This document shows, in pieces, positions 37,001-50,371 of a stretch of DNA of 64,000 bases. The notes under the pieces are model-generated. The model was not told the origin of the DNA, made no database searches, and worked only from the letters and a program-made list of their open reading frames with translations. The number at the start of each line of letters is the position of its first letter. Position 1 is the first letter of the stretch. The stretch lies in the NCBI GenBank assembly GCA_950097015.1, contig CATNEN010000010.1, positions 2,170,001-2,234,000 of the forward strand, in the 5' to 3' direction. The position numbers and the translations under genes are program-made. This stretch comes from Macrostomum hystrix. Its lineage: Eukaryota > Animalia > Platyhelminthes.

Positions 37001-40000
37001 GTCCGCGGAATCCGCTCTCGGATGCCAGGTCCCTCAGAGGAGTCAGCAATGGCTCAAGCTCCTCTGGGGTGTACAGTCCGGGTACTTCACCTGAGCTGAG
37101 CAAGGAGTTCATCATCTCAAGAAACTGCAGCTCAAGCAGCTGGAAGTCTTCAAGCAGAAACAGGACCTGCTCGCCCTCAATTCCCGCTTTCTGTATAGCG
37201 GCCTTCAACTCGGTCTTGAACTGCTTGACAGTGTACCCACGTGCGATCTTTGGCGTCATGACGGTCATGAGGTGCATGTGGGCCACCAGCAGAGCTGTGG
37301 AGCGCCGGCCGACTCCGCTCTTGCCCGCCATGAGCAGCGATCCACCAGGCTGTGAAAGCACTCGGTCCGCTCGAGCAACGTGGTCCAGAACCTCCTTGAA
37401 GATGACAATCTCCAGGTCCTTGTTCTCTCGGCTGTATTGCAGCAGGCCTTTGTCAACCACCGCTGACAGATCCTCGAAGTTCAGCTTGCCTAGCGTCTTG
37501 CCCTGTGGCGGCGGCGGCGCTCCAGCCGCTTGTGGCTCTCTAGAGCCCCAGGTGACGAACCAGCTGGCCTGCAGCTGGTCAATGGCGTCGCTCGACCAGT
37601 CCGAGCGAATGACGGATCCTATGAGATTGTCGAAGCGACCGCGAGCATCAGGAGTCTACGAGACGGTCGCGAAATAGGCGGACAGCCTCGTAGGCGACCA
37701 CCTCCAGCATCTGCAATGTAAGCGGGCATATATTCGACATCTCATCACTCGGAGTATTCAGTGTGTGAGCGTGACGAAATACCTGTTCAGCCGATTCGAG
37801 CGCTGGCAGGTCATAGCGCAGCAGGTTTCGAACCCACCGGGTGAGGTCTCTGGGAGTGAACAGGTAGTGGCTGCGCTCATCTGGGCTGAATCGGCCGCGC
37901 ACTGAGTCGAATATGTTCACCATGGTGGACGCCAGAGCGAGCAGCTTCGATGAGCTTGACCATACCGGATGACGAGGCACAATCTTTTCGAAGATCACCT
38001 TCAAGTAGCTGGAGTAGATAGTCTGTAGCTGCTCCTTGTCCGGGTAGCCGATGCTGCAGATGCGCACCACTGAGGTGAATCTGGTGGAAAGCTTGTGTCG
38101 CCCGACTGTGGTGCTTGCGTTCATACTGCACACGATCTGCACACCTTCAAGGCCCACGAACTCCAAGTTGCTGTCATAGAAACCGTTGTAGGTGAGAACC
38201 TGCTGCAGGAAGGCAACCAGTTGACTGGTGCCCCACTTGTCAGGCTTGGGCAGGTTGACGTCTTTCAGATAGAGCACAAGGCGCTCGCAGTCCTTGGGCC
38301 TGTAGACTCGTCCAGTGTTGCTGCTGATGACCATGCAGCACTGGCTGAGCTTCTGCAGAATGTGCGTTGGCGTCGTCTGTGCGGAGCAGTGCAGAACTGC
38401 CACCTGCAGTGAGCGCACCTGGTCGAAGCAGTACTGCAGCAGCATGCTGCAAGGGATATGAATTTGCAGTGCGTCCTATGCACGTGTATGTCATCGACGA
38501 AATGGTTGGAAAGTTTATCCTGCAAATTTATGCATTCGTTCAGAACTCTTTAATCCGAAACCATAAAAAGCTGATTGCCTTCCTGAAAGCTCGTACAATT
38601 GCCGTACGAGCTACGAGTACACATTTCTCGTAATCTGGGACACAAAACATCGTTATGCTGCTTCAATCTAATATTTGATACAGTATGGGAGCACGATAGG
38701 TTTCAAATGATAACTGTTTTAGCAACTAAATCATTAGCTCACCCTTTGCCACAGCCGTCTGGCCCGGTAATGATGAAGGGCTGCCTGGTCTCGGCCTGCA
38801 GCCAGTCCTTGAAGCAGTCGAGGTTGCGCTGAATAGCAGCGGTCAAGATTACCGGTGGCTTTGTGGAGATGATACTGGACGGGGTGAAGTCGGTGTCGAT
38901 CTGGAACGATTTCGCGTAGTGTTTGCCTGAATATCTGGGGCACTAACAACTTACTGCTTGTTCTGCTTTCGGAACCTAATAAACAGAGAGAACACACCAT
39001 GACTAGTCAAATGGGGACCTCACCATATTGCTGTAGTTCTGCAGCCTGCCAAACTCGCGATCGAAGTAACAATCAAGTGGCCTCTTGCTGTCCGGTGGGT
39101 TCTCTGACGTTAGGGCGAACACCTCTTTGGCGAATTTCTCCCGCGTAGATTCTGGTAGATTACCGCCGAGACCCCGGATTAGCGAAATAGCGAAATGCGC
39201 CTTGTTCTGCACACCTTTGAGGTGAGACAAGCCATTGAGCACGGTGCCCACCAGGGTAGTATCCACGCAGTAGTCGTTTGCCTTCAGCACCCAGTCGACG
39301 GCAGAGTAGAAGTAGTCCTCGATGTAGGCGGAGAGCAGCTGGCGCTCCTTCTCTGGCTGGTCGCTCAGCCAGGACTGAACAACGGCGCGGATGTCCGTTG
39401 CCTCGTCAGACAGGAAGATCATGCCCATGCGGGAGATGGTCGCAGGAGAGGCGCAGCTGAGGTCGTGCGTCTCGAACAGAAAGTTCACATTCGGTCCAAA
39501 CTGAATACGTTCTCCGTTGGGCATTGTCAGCAAGCGGTTATCGTCCAGCACACTGTTTAGCGACTCGACCCACTCCGGATCAATATCACCATCGCAGACA
39601 ATCCACGACTGCACCTCCTGGGGTTCTTTCACAACCTGACGAGCAGCAAAAGTGAGCACACCATCTGACCACTCCCTGGTGTCGAGATCAATAGAGCCAA
39701 GGAGCTGCGTGCGCGGCATCGCCTTCGGGTTCATGACGTACTGCTTGACCATTTTTCCTGTCTTGATCATGGCCTGCCGCAGCACCTTCCACAGGGTGCT
39801 CTTACCAGATCCAGATGGCCCGACGATGACCACACCCATACGCTGGCTGGTCTGTTCGAACACTTCGAGGCACTTCTTTACCTGGTTTTCATTCAGCACA
39901 AGCTTCTGCTCTGCGACAACCTCGCGTATTTTCTCTGCCAGAATTTGGTACTCGATGTCCTTGAAGTCCACTGTAGGGAAGACGTCCTTCACCAGCGAGT

Positions 40001-43000
40001 CAAAGCGGAAACAATCCGAGAATGTCAACTTTGACAGCGTGTTGATACGCAGTGCCTGGACGACTAGTCTAGCTTCAGCATCAAGCTCAAGCTTCTCATT
40101 GTCTTTCAGTGCCTTCTTGGCGGTTTTGACTAGACCACCAGCACTGCGCAGTACTGTCTTTAGAGCTCTCAGGCCCCAGTCGTAATGCTGCTGTTGAGTA
40201 AGCAGCTCCTTGGACAAGTTAAAGATGGCAACCAACTTTCGGCCTAGCTCCTTGCCACTGCGGAATCCCTCAGAGAAGAGGATTACCTCGGCAATCTGCT
40301 CATTGTCTGGTCTAGACATCGCAACCGGCCGGAACAGCTGCTTTAAGTTGTCAGGCAGTTTTTGCCGACCACCGTAACCCTTTCCTGCTGGATTGAGAGT
40401 GATGAAGATGCCAGAGTTCGGATCAACGTCGATTGTTCGACTCAGCAGCTCGATCTTTGGCAGCCGGTTCTTGATGCCATCCTGAATTACCTGGATCTGC
40501 ATGGACACAGCGGAGAGAACAGCCTCCTCAAGACGATTAAACTCGTCGAAGCAGCCCCAAGCGCCACTCTTCACCAGACCAATGAAGATCCGACCCATGC
40601 TCTGTACATCGATGCCTTCGTCGCAGTTGAAGACCAGCACTTGCCTACCAAACAGGGAGCCGAGGGCTTTCACACTCTCCGTCTTGCCTGTGCCAGCAGG
40701 TCCATACGGATTAGCACCCAGGCCCATGAACATGCCTTGCGTCATTGTTAGGTAGCACTTGTCTGTCAGTGGAGTATGCACAAGCTTTGGAGCATTGCCT
40801 TGATACTCATAAGTGTACTCAAAGGCTGCGTCGACCTGAAATTATAAAATTTTAGCATAAACCTCATTACATGGCTACATAATACATGGATTATCAACCC
40901 AGCTACAATAAACGCTTTACCTACCATTCGAATCTCGCAACTCTTGTCGTTTAGCCTCAGATAAAAGCGCAGTTGCTTCTGCCACATCCAGTCCTCCTGG
41001 CGGCGAGTATTTTGTGCCATCAGCTGGTCGACTACGTCAATGTTGTGAATCATGTCCAGAATGAGCGCCTTCAGCTTGAGCTCCAAGATGGCGGCCTCCT
41101 CCCCGGCTTGGCCCATGTCGCTTCGTGTGTACGCGTCGAGCTGCTTCTCAAGCTCCGACTTCAGATTCGACAAACTGCCAGACTTTAGGGTCGCCTCCGC
41201 TCTAGATGTGAATGTGATCATTTCAGCCAGGCACAGCACCTGGCTCGGGTAGGCCGTGGGATCTAGGGCCCCATGGCGGGCGCTCTTCATATCCTCCAGG
41301 CAACTGACAAGAAGCTCCCGTAGTGTGGCCTTCATCTCATCCGCCAGCTTGCTTAGCCAGCTTTCCACCTCCGCTGTTACAAGAATTTCTCGACGAAGCT
41401 GCACAATTTCGCCATCCAGTGACTTCATGGCGACTATGTGCTTGGCCTCTTTATCAAACTCGACATCGTGAATACCTTGGAAAAGTTTCTTCAGGTGCGT
41501 CTTTATCACAGTAGGGTTAGTTGACTGACCCAGAATTTCCAGTAGATCGTCATCGCCAATGAAGTAGAACCGTGGGAAGATCGAGCGCTTCGCCTCGAGG
41601 TATTCGTTCAAGGCCTTCTGACAACGCTGCAGCTGGTCGAGCATGGTAGTGAGATTGTTGCGCAGGCCCGACTGGTTGCAAAGACTCAGGACTCGGCTGT
41701 CTCGAGCGATGTCCTGAAGAATGGCGCGGAAGTCATCATCGACGCGTTTGAATCGTGGCTGCTCCTTTGGTAGGGCGCCCCGGCCGAAAATCGGCTCCAG
41801 GTAAACCCACTTGCGCTGAATAAGGTTCAGATTTTGTAGGTACTCGTCCAAATCGGCCAGCCGAGTTTCCCACAATGTCGCTTTGTCGGCAAACGACTTA
41901 TAGTAAGGTGAATCTTTAAGCGACTGAAGAATGCATTGGTTGTCTCCTACCTGGCTGACCAAATCCTTCCAATCCTTAATCAGTGAAACTTTGCGGTTAT
42001 GGCTGTCGTCGTATTCGGTGAGCTGAAACTGCGCTCCGGCGCCCCACAGCTCCAGCTCTCGTATTGCCTCACGGATGGAGACCTCACCTTGTGCGCGCAG
42101 ATTCAGCTCTTTTAGAGCATCCGCGTTGGCGATGATTTCAGAGGACACGGACAGCAAGTTTCCGAATGTGAGCCGCTCAAGAGTCGTGCCCCTTGGCAGG
42201 TGAATCAGGCGAAATAGGTCAAGCCAGTGGTCCTGGCCTAGCGGCTCACCGCGCACCCACTTCAGTACCGGCAAGACGTCTTTATACTTATCGATTTCCT
42301 TCTGCAGGCGTACAGTCATCGATGTCGGCTCTTCTTCACGAAGCCGATCGAACCACTGACCAAGGAACTCTTCGAAGACGTAATAGCGACTGCGGAAGCT
42401 GATCCAGTCCTCCTTGGCCAGATCCTGCAAACCAGAGTTGAATTTCTCAAACTGACCCCACTCCAGTTCTACCGTGTCCAGGTCCGACTTCAACTCCTCT
42501 GCTAGCGGGAACTCAGGTCGTTCCATCTGGAAATGCTCGCAGTCATTTGACAAACTCTCACGCGTCTTCTCCAGCTCTGCGAACTCCTCTTTTTTCTCCT
42601 TGATCACTTTAATAGCTGCCAGACAGCGCTCCTGGTCACCATCGTCTAGGATATCGCGACCTAAAGAGAGGGATTCGTTTCGTTGGTTCAAATGGTTCAG
42701 ACGTATTTCTTGTCACTTACTTAGTTTTTAGTTCATTCACACAAAGAATGCGTTCTTACCCGGTTTGAGCTGATTCCAACGCGCTGAAAATTTTTCTAAA
42801 TCCTGAACGTAGGCCTTGATTCGTGACTCAACATTCGTCTTCATCATCTCAATCTGCTCCAAAATCATCATCTGGAAGGACTCCATCATGATCTCAAAGG
42901 TCTCCCATTTGGCATTTAGTGGCGCGAGGAACTCAACGCCGCCTCCCGCGACGCTTCGAAGGAGTCGATTCTTAACCTCTGCAGATTCCAACAAGCCCTT

Positions 43001-46000
43001 CTGCTGCGGGCGCTCTTTGCCAAACTGGGCGTGATTTGAGCCGGCCTCGCTAATTTCATCAACAGTCTGGGGCCGCTTACCCAGCGTCTCCATTGCGCGG
43101 GTCAGAAACGCGTCGCACTCATCGGCATCTCGCTTGATCGACAAACGCAGTGCGTTGAGCAGCGAGTCGAACAGGTTGTTGATGAGAGTATCTATCGAAT
43201 TCTTCATCGGTTGGCAGTTGACCGTCACGCAGTCGATGCGAATTTCATTGGGCAACTTTTCCGCGTCACGGCCCTTAATTTTAAGTGCTTTCACATTCTT
43301 CTCGTACTCTGCCAGCTCATGGCAGTTCGCCTCCACGAAGGCGTCCAGATCGAGGCCGCCCAGCACAACCCAGTCTTTGAAGCGAGTGAGCAGCGCCTCC
43401 AACCGCTTGAAAAGGAAGCAAGCTTTGGCAAAGCAGTTGTTAAAGGCCTCCGCATTGCGCTCAATAATGTTGGGATAGATCAGCCCCTCAGAGGTCTCGC
43501 TAACTCCCTTGAACACATTGGGAATATTGACAAACTTCTTCATCTCTCGGTAGTACTTCGCCTTGATCTCCTCAAAAGGCGGCTTGAAGACAAGGCGGCC
43601 CTGCTTTACCGTGAGGTCGACTCTAATTTCTGGCAGATTTTCATTCAGCGCCTCAAGGCCTAGGCGGTACTGGTGCTCCAGTGCTTTGTACAGCTGTCTG
43701 TCCCAGTGGGCACGCCACGGAAGCATGTTGTCGGGTGACACACCCTGAGCGGCTATACTGGCCATGATAAGGCGAATCTCCTGTAGGCCTTCCTTCCATC
43801 GGTGCTGCTGGCGCAAAAGATCGATGCCCATCAGATCAACGACCTGAAAGACAAAGCATTGTTTGCATTCACTTTTTTCCTTTAATCATCATATAGCATA
43901 TCTAAACTGATTGGTTACCTTCTCGCTGATGATGTGATGCTGCTTACGCAACTTCCTGTTGATACTCATGATGTCGTTGGCCGCCTCCTGTAGAACACGA
44001 ATGTAGGCTTCCAACTCCTCAGGACTGTCCCAGGTGACTTGCACACCGCTGCTTCCCTTCTGCTTGGCTCCGGGCTTAGGCGTCTTGACCAGCCGCTCAA
44101 ACTTCATGGCCGGCTCAAGCATCATAGGCTTTTGCGAATGGATCATCTGAGCATCGATCGTATTATAGAAATGTGCCACTTGCTTGAGTACAATCGCATG
44201 ACGGTAGAACTTTGAAGCCACATCATGTACGCGTTGAATCTTCTTCGGAATTTCATAACCAAGAGAGTTCAGCGTCCGAACTTCGCGCAGCAGCGTGACC
44301 AGCCTCTCCGAATAGTTGACGTGAAGCTTGCCGTCTGACTTCCTCAGCTCCATGAGCTGGCCCTGAGTCTCCAGGCTCATTGGCTTGTTCGGGTCGTCAA
44401 TCAGCGACTGCATCTCACTGGCCCAGTCGTCAAACGCATCTCTTCGCCAGTTCTGCAGCTCTTCAAGAAAGGTGTTGGCTGTCTGGCTAAAGGCTTTGAA
44501 GCCGCCAAGGTCTCCCAGAAGGGAGTGACCAACGTCGGTTATCTCCTTCATGCGCAGCTCCAGCTGTCGAGTCCATAGAATACGGTTGGCCTGATCCGGT
44601 ACATTCTTTACGGTTGGCGCTCGGCCGCTTCCCTGAGTCCTCTGGACGAACTCGTCTCGCAGCTGCTTGGCATGCAGTGTCAGCTGGCCCAGAAGCTGCT
44701 CTCGCTCAGCCAATAGCTCGTTCCCTATGGTTGGGCGCCGAACCAGCTCCTTGTAGCGTTGAAACTCCTTGAGAAGCTGCTGCGGACGGCCCTCGCACTG
44801 ACGAAGCTGGCCACGCAGTTTGCCCACCACGCGGGCTTCAGCTGGTGCCAGATGCGATTCAAACTTTGACACAGCCGCTCGCCAAAGCGGCTCCGTGTAA
44901 GGGTTGAAGTTCAACGGCTGCACCTTCTGCAAGCTGTCGAACGCTTCTTCGTTAAGTCTAGCGTCGACTTTCTCGCTATCAGTCAACAAGCGGCACATTT
45001 GCTCGTGAACTGTCCGAGCGGCCAGTACTTCCTCAAGGCGTTGCTTAAATTTCTCCAAGTAGGTGAGGCGCTGCACGGATCCTTTCCAAGGATTTGGAGC
45101 ATATCTCTTCCAAAACTGGCCAGTCAGCTGCTCACAGGCGCGCAGCCAGCGATCGCACACTTGCACGCCCAAGTCAAGCGAGTCCTTCACCACAGAGTAC
45201 GTCTCGGTCCACAGCGCCAGACTGGACAGTCGCTGCTGCAAGTAGCGAACAATCTCGTTGCCTGTGATCTCCATCAGATGGCGCATTCGATCTGAAATAA
45301 TTTATGCGGCTTTTATGCACAGATATTTGAAATGCCCAAATGTGCCCACGCAATTGAATTAGGGAAACTTCAAGGCTTACTCTCGGGGTAGGCGGTAGTC
45401 TCGGACTGCTTCCAAATTTCGTCCAAAATGTCCTGCGTTGCGTCCACAAGGTCGAGGGCATCAGCAACTGTCATCTCGGACAGGCCAGAGTATTCGGCGC
45501 TGACCGCCTTGAAGATGTTGTGAAAAACGGCTGCTCGATCCTTGGCGTCGCCTCGGCCCCTCGATGCCTCTTCGGCCCAGTAGTGAAACTCGTCCGACGG
45601 CGTCAGGATGTGCGCGAAATTTTTGGCATCGTCTTTTGACTTACTGGACGAGTCCTTGCGCAGGGCGATGGCGATACCAGACTCTAGGTCGGTCAGCAGT
45701 GTTTGCAACTTGGGGTCCAACTTCTCAGCGGTAGCGGAGCCCTAAAATTATTTTAGCTCGTAAACATTTGCTCACTGACTGACAGGTTCCAATGCTTGTG
45801 GGCCTGATTATAAAATTCTGAACATATAACAGTCTTTTTATTTATTAATTTAGGCAGATTTCGCACCATGCTTACCTCAAGCAGCATTGGAGCATACAAC
45901 TTCTGAATGTTGTGGTACAGACAGGACAATGGATTCTCCGTCATGGACGAGACTATTATGTCCGTACGAAGATTATCCGGAGTGATCGGGTCCGGTCTCA

Positions 46001-46298
46001 GCTTCATGAACACGACCGAGTTCTTGGACTTCTGCTGCTCATGGGGCTAGTGAAATGGACATTGAAACAGTTAGCATAATAAAACAACCAACTCTAAAAA
46101 ATGTCTAAAACAACTCACCTTGTTGGCCAGAGTAATCCTTCCGCCACTCTCCGATGCGATCAACAGGCTGACCTTTCCATCGTCGAGAAATTCATCCATT
46201 GGAGTCGATGAGTTTAAATCAGTCAGCTTGTCCACGCTAGTAGAAAAGTAAAGGGCTATATTGCCCAGAATGAACTGCTTTCTTGAGTCAGCAGCCAT
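31047..46298 (-). CDS. DYNC2H1: Cytoplasmic dynein-2 heavy chain (retrograde IFT motor), ~4283 aa. Exons 46298-46119, 46046-45876, 45741-45381, 45291-43919, 43843-42760, 42660-40925, 40835-39024, 38900-38743, 38446-37783, 37710-36749 (+1 shift ~37650), 36673-35391, 34861-34639, 34494-33547 (+1 shift ~34370), 33362-32463, 32306-31767, 31505-31047
   Basis: P-loops GPAGTGKT, GPSGSGKS, GPDGCGKG and the dynein-2-type AAA4 GKSGVGRR; HYDWGLRALK, stalk/MTBD region, C-terminal WIQCGAALFL. The exon sum of 12854 nt minus two extra bases gives 4284 codons. Confidence 0.95.
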
Positions 46299-48497
46299 TG
46301 TTATGATAATATTGGTATCGAGTATAGATCAGTTGCAGTAGAAATCTTGAAAGGTAATAAAATGTAGATGAAGTAAAATATACAAATTTTAATATAAAAA
46401 AGGCAAATATATATCACTAAAATTTCCAGAAGAGGCAGAAATATTCTTAGTGTTTATTTTTAAGCAACAATTTCAGTAAAACATAACAATACTTTTATTG
46501 TAACCACCATATGCACTCATTTCTCTCCGATCTTCTGACCTTTCCTATGACCAACCCACAAAATATACTTTAATCATTTTTACCGAACATAAAGAGTCCG
46601 TAATGGAAAGCTGAAAGCAACAGTATTAGATTTACCTGACTGATAAAACAAAGTCATTTAACTATTATTTCTTTGATTAAAATGTATATAAAAAAATAAG
46701 TTGCAGTCATAAACGTAGAAAATATAACCATGGTGGCACCTTATCTACGCTTAGAATCAAAACTTGGACATTATATCTATATTACGGCCAAAAAGCATAT
46801 AATACAAGTGCATACATAATTTTGTCAACAGGATAACTTAAAACATAGTTAACGACAATGTGCTCAGTGGTGGGCTTCAAATAGTAATATAAATACTCAG
46901 CGCATTTACAAAGCAATTTTTGAAACAATATATTTTCTTTAAGGCTGCAAAAAATGGTTTAATAATATAGGAGGCGTTCATCATGTAATTGGTTACCTTT
47001 CGACTTTTCAACCATACCACAAAGGTGGTTAGTGATTGTAATACTAAACATAATTTAAACAAGCTCAACAAGCTAAGAGCTGATAGTCAAATTGCGCAAT
47101 TGCGCAAATTAGTCAAATGCTGTGGAATAGCAATAATTGAATAATATTTGGAATGCGATGTCAAACCTTAACAGCGAAGCATTTTTCATTGTTATAAAAT
47201 GTTTCCCCTCTTGGCATGATAAACCAGCTTGTTGTTTTGTTTTTTATTAAAACTTTATTATATTTCAACTTAAGCATGAAAAAAGTTATTATATTTGACT
47301 TGTTAAAATAGGAAGCACCTCTTCTCAAGTTTAAACGAGGAAATTGTACGATTTCTATTTAGAAAGTCAACAACAGGCCCGAGTCAACGTAGTTAGTCAT
47401 GTGTAATAATTAAAAAAGTGTGCATAAATTTGTATAGCGTTATTGGCTGCGTTAAGCTTCAGTTATTTTCTATCAGATGTGTATCCGCTTTCCCTTTATC
47501 GTTCCGCCAGTAAGTGTTATGACATGCCAATTATGCATACAGCTTACAAGCGTCATGCTGCATTTTATGGATCCAATTTCTCGCAGTGAATTGTTAGGCC
47601 GGGCCCGGCGTAGCTGTATTTACCACATTTCGTCTACATAGTGCGAATTTATATTCTTATAAGAATTTTGTACTCAAATCGTTAGTACTTAGTATTTCGC
47701 TTTGGAAAGCTTTAGGTTAGGCTTTAGCTAATTTTAGCTTTGCTAGTCGTTAGCTTTTTTCACCTTGGTCCTAAGCCCAAAAACTACTTTGGCGACAACA
47801 ATATCGGTGACAAGTCACTCCAGCAACAACTATTGAAAATTGAAATTTTGCTATAAATAGAAATATTATAGTTAATTGTACCATTTACTATACCTTTTTG
47901 TTTTCTATTTGGGCTTTCTTGCAAGCTATTTGGGCAGCGCAGGCAGTGGTGAGTGTGACAAAAGCAGGCGCTCTGTGCCATAGACAAAGATTGCATTTGC
48001 TTCTGAATTTGGCAACCAATTTGGGCCCCCTTTGTGAGCAATTTTGGCCATTTAAAAGCTACGCTATGAATGCAGAAGACCATGAGCCATACAGACAAAG
48101 AGGTGAAAGCACCAATAGGAAAAATGTTAACTTGGGAAAACAATCAGACTGACTGGCGACAGTCCAACTCGGCTACAACCAATTCGGCGACAAGTCAATT
48201 CGGCGACAGTCAATTCGGCGACTGCGAATAGTAGGGTTCTGCAAGAAATTATTTTGATTGACAGTTTAACTTGACATGACTTGTATCAGTGACTAATTCT
48301 CTGGAAATTTATTCGTTTTTGTTTGAGTATTACTATAATTTGGGTATAATTATTCTCAAATCTCGTCGGACTGAGTGTCGTTGTAATTAGGTAAAAAGTA
48401 ATGCTCCTTTCCGAGCTCCTGTTTTCACTTAGACTATACATACAAACGGATCGACGCATAAATTATTTTTGTGAGCGAGCAATTCGAGATGTATTTG

Positions 48498-50371
48498 TCA
48501 TTCTGCGGTCCACTCTCCAGAGAGATATTCGGCCCAATAGCGCTGGTACTGCAGGTCCCGCCGGCGATAATTTGCCCTTTGTCGTCTTCGCTGGGCACCT
48601 TGAGCGACGAGCCGCGATTCAATTGCGACTAGCTGAGCCTCCTCATGCAGCAATCGTACTAGAAGGTAGAACAGAAGACGGCCTCGCTGTGCTCGGGCAT
48701 TTAACTTCTTGTGCCAACCTTCGGTGTCATTGTTTGTACGAACGTCCTTCTGGAAAACGCTAAGCTCCCCCACGCTCCAGATTGTGCTGCGCATCCAGGT
48801 TGCTTGCACATAGTCGCACAAAATTTGGAGGGGCTCTAGCTGTACTAACGTTCTGAGCTGAAAAAATTGCTGGTTGATTTCTTCGCGTGGAAGAAACGGC
48901 AGCGACATTAGTTTGCGGCACACAGACTGTACTCCGAAGTCGGTAACGTACAAATTTTGTAGTCCAGAACTTTGAATGTGGCGGTAGATGGCCTGAAAGC
49001 CATTACGTAGTACGTAAAAGTCTCAAATACGTTACAATGATAAAACTATTTGTTACCAAACACGCACCTGCGTATAGTGGAAAACGCAGCCTCTGAGTTG
49101 AGCGTGCGGAAACAGTTGCCTCACGGCCCGCCAAGCAGCGGCCTCGAAGTCCATGACAAAAGTCGTAGGTTGTGCGTGTGGCACAAGACTGCGGACAGCA
49201 GCGAGCAGCAGGCAATAGTCTTCGCGCTGCCGCCCGGACATCATTGCGAAAAGGACCGGGACCTGCTTCTTATTGTCGCTTGGGCCGCTAATGAAGACAT
49301 GGATGCTGTACAGCTGTGCAAATGGTGCGTTCACAACGTAAAAAGTGCCATCCATGTACCATGTATCAGCTTGGCACAGCAGAGTGAGCATTAGCTCAGT
49401 TGCAAACAGCAAGTGTCGCCTGCCTGGTTGCTTTGGAAGTCAATAAAAGACAATCATATTTACAATAACATTATTAACGCAATAACCCATGGCAAATTAA
49501 GCATTAATTTGGCTCTAAAACTTACCTGAACATCCTTGACCAGAAAACCTTCGGGCAGAGCAGCGTGCTGCAGTTGGAAGTCGACGTTCGCGGGCTCCTC
49601 AGGTCGGTCCTTCTGCCGATCCCGATTAGCAGCTCTGGCAAGGTTTTCTGGGTTTGGCAGATTTGGATCGTTGAGCAGATCCATATAGTTGATGGCAAGT
49701 AATTCTTCACGTGCAATTTGTGGAGCAGACTTAAACAAACTGCGCCGCGCCCGCTCTTTCACAGCCTTTCTTAACTGAAGCCATTGCTCGGGTCGGTACT
49801 TTGGAGGGTGACTGTGGTCAACAAGCCCGTTTTCGAAGCTCTGGCCCGTCTGTCTAACGGTGGCACGGCAAGTACAGTTGCTTCTTCTGACTGTGCAGCG
49901 CCAGTATGTGTTGGATCCTCGCTTTCGCGAAACGACGAACGTGTAGTGGCTATCGACAACTAGCACTGCCTTCTTACGCTCAGAGCTTCTTTCTAGCACT
50001 TGGTAGGTGTGCCGCTGCGGCCCGGCAAAGTCAGCTGCCAGCAGTGCGGGGATTACAGCCGGTGGCAGGGCGATATCTTCAAGTGGTTCAGGGACGATGG
50101 CCGGTGGCCCGGCGAAGTCAGGTGGCGGTGGCGGGGCGATATCTTCGAGTGGTTCAGGGACGATGGCTGGTGGCCCGGCGAAGTCAGGTGGCGGTGGCGG
50201 GGCGATATCTTCAAGTGGTTCAGGGACGATGGCCGGTGGTGTAGTGAAGTCATCAGGAATGTTAGCGGGAATGTCAGCGGGCTGGCAACCAGGCTGGCAA
50301 CCAGGGCAGGACCACTGAAATTCCTCTTGTTCCTGAAGTTCACTGTAGTTTTCCTTTGATATGGCATTAAT
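48498..50371 (-). CDS. MULE transposase: PHD-finger remnant, Pro-rich repeat, FLYWCH, DDE domain. Exons ~50371-49526, 49430-49068, 48992-48498; start codon not identified
   Basis: YWRC..CTCRA..HSH (FLYWCH), WYMDGTF, MDFEAAAW, GCVFHYTQ, RTNNDTEGWH. Two phase-0 GT-AG introns join the ORFs without shifts. Confidence 0.85.
50045..50250 (-). repeat. 66-bp coding tandem repeat (~2.7 copies; PPAIVPEPLEDIAPPPPPDFAG) in the MULE transposase linker
   Basis: 66-bp period, in frame with the FLYWCH ORF. Confidence 0.85.

Noticed and set aside
38901-38975. Longer alternative starts for DYNC2H1 exon 8
   Set aside because: Acceptor ttccag| at 38901 gives the spacing expected from homologs; upstream acceptors give stops, wrong phase or an insertion.
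48434-48500. Possible fourth +1 shift extending the MULE transposase (..TAE-DKYISNCSL)
   Set aside because: Plausible, but the C-terminus is poorly conserved, so it cannot be distinguished from a natural stop.
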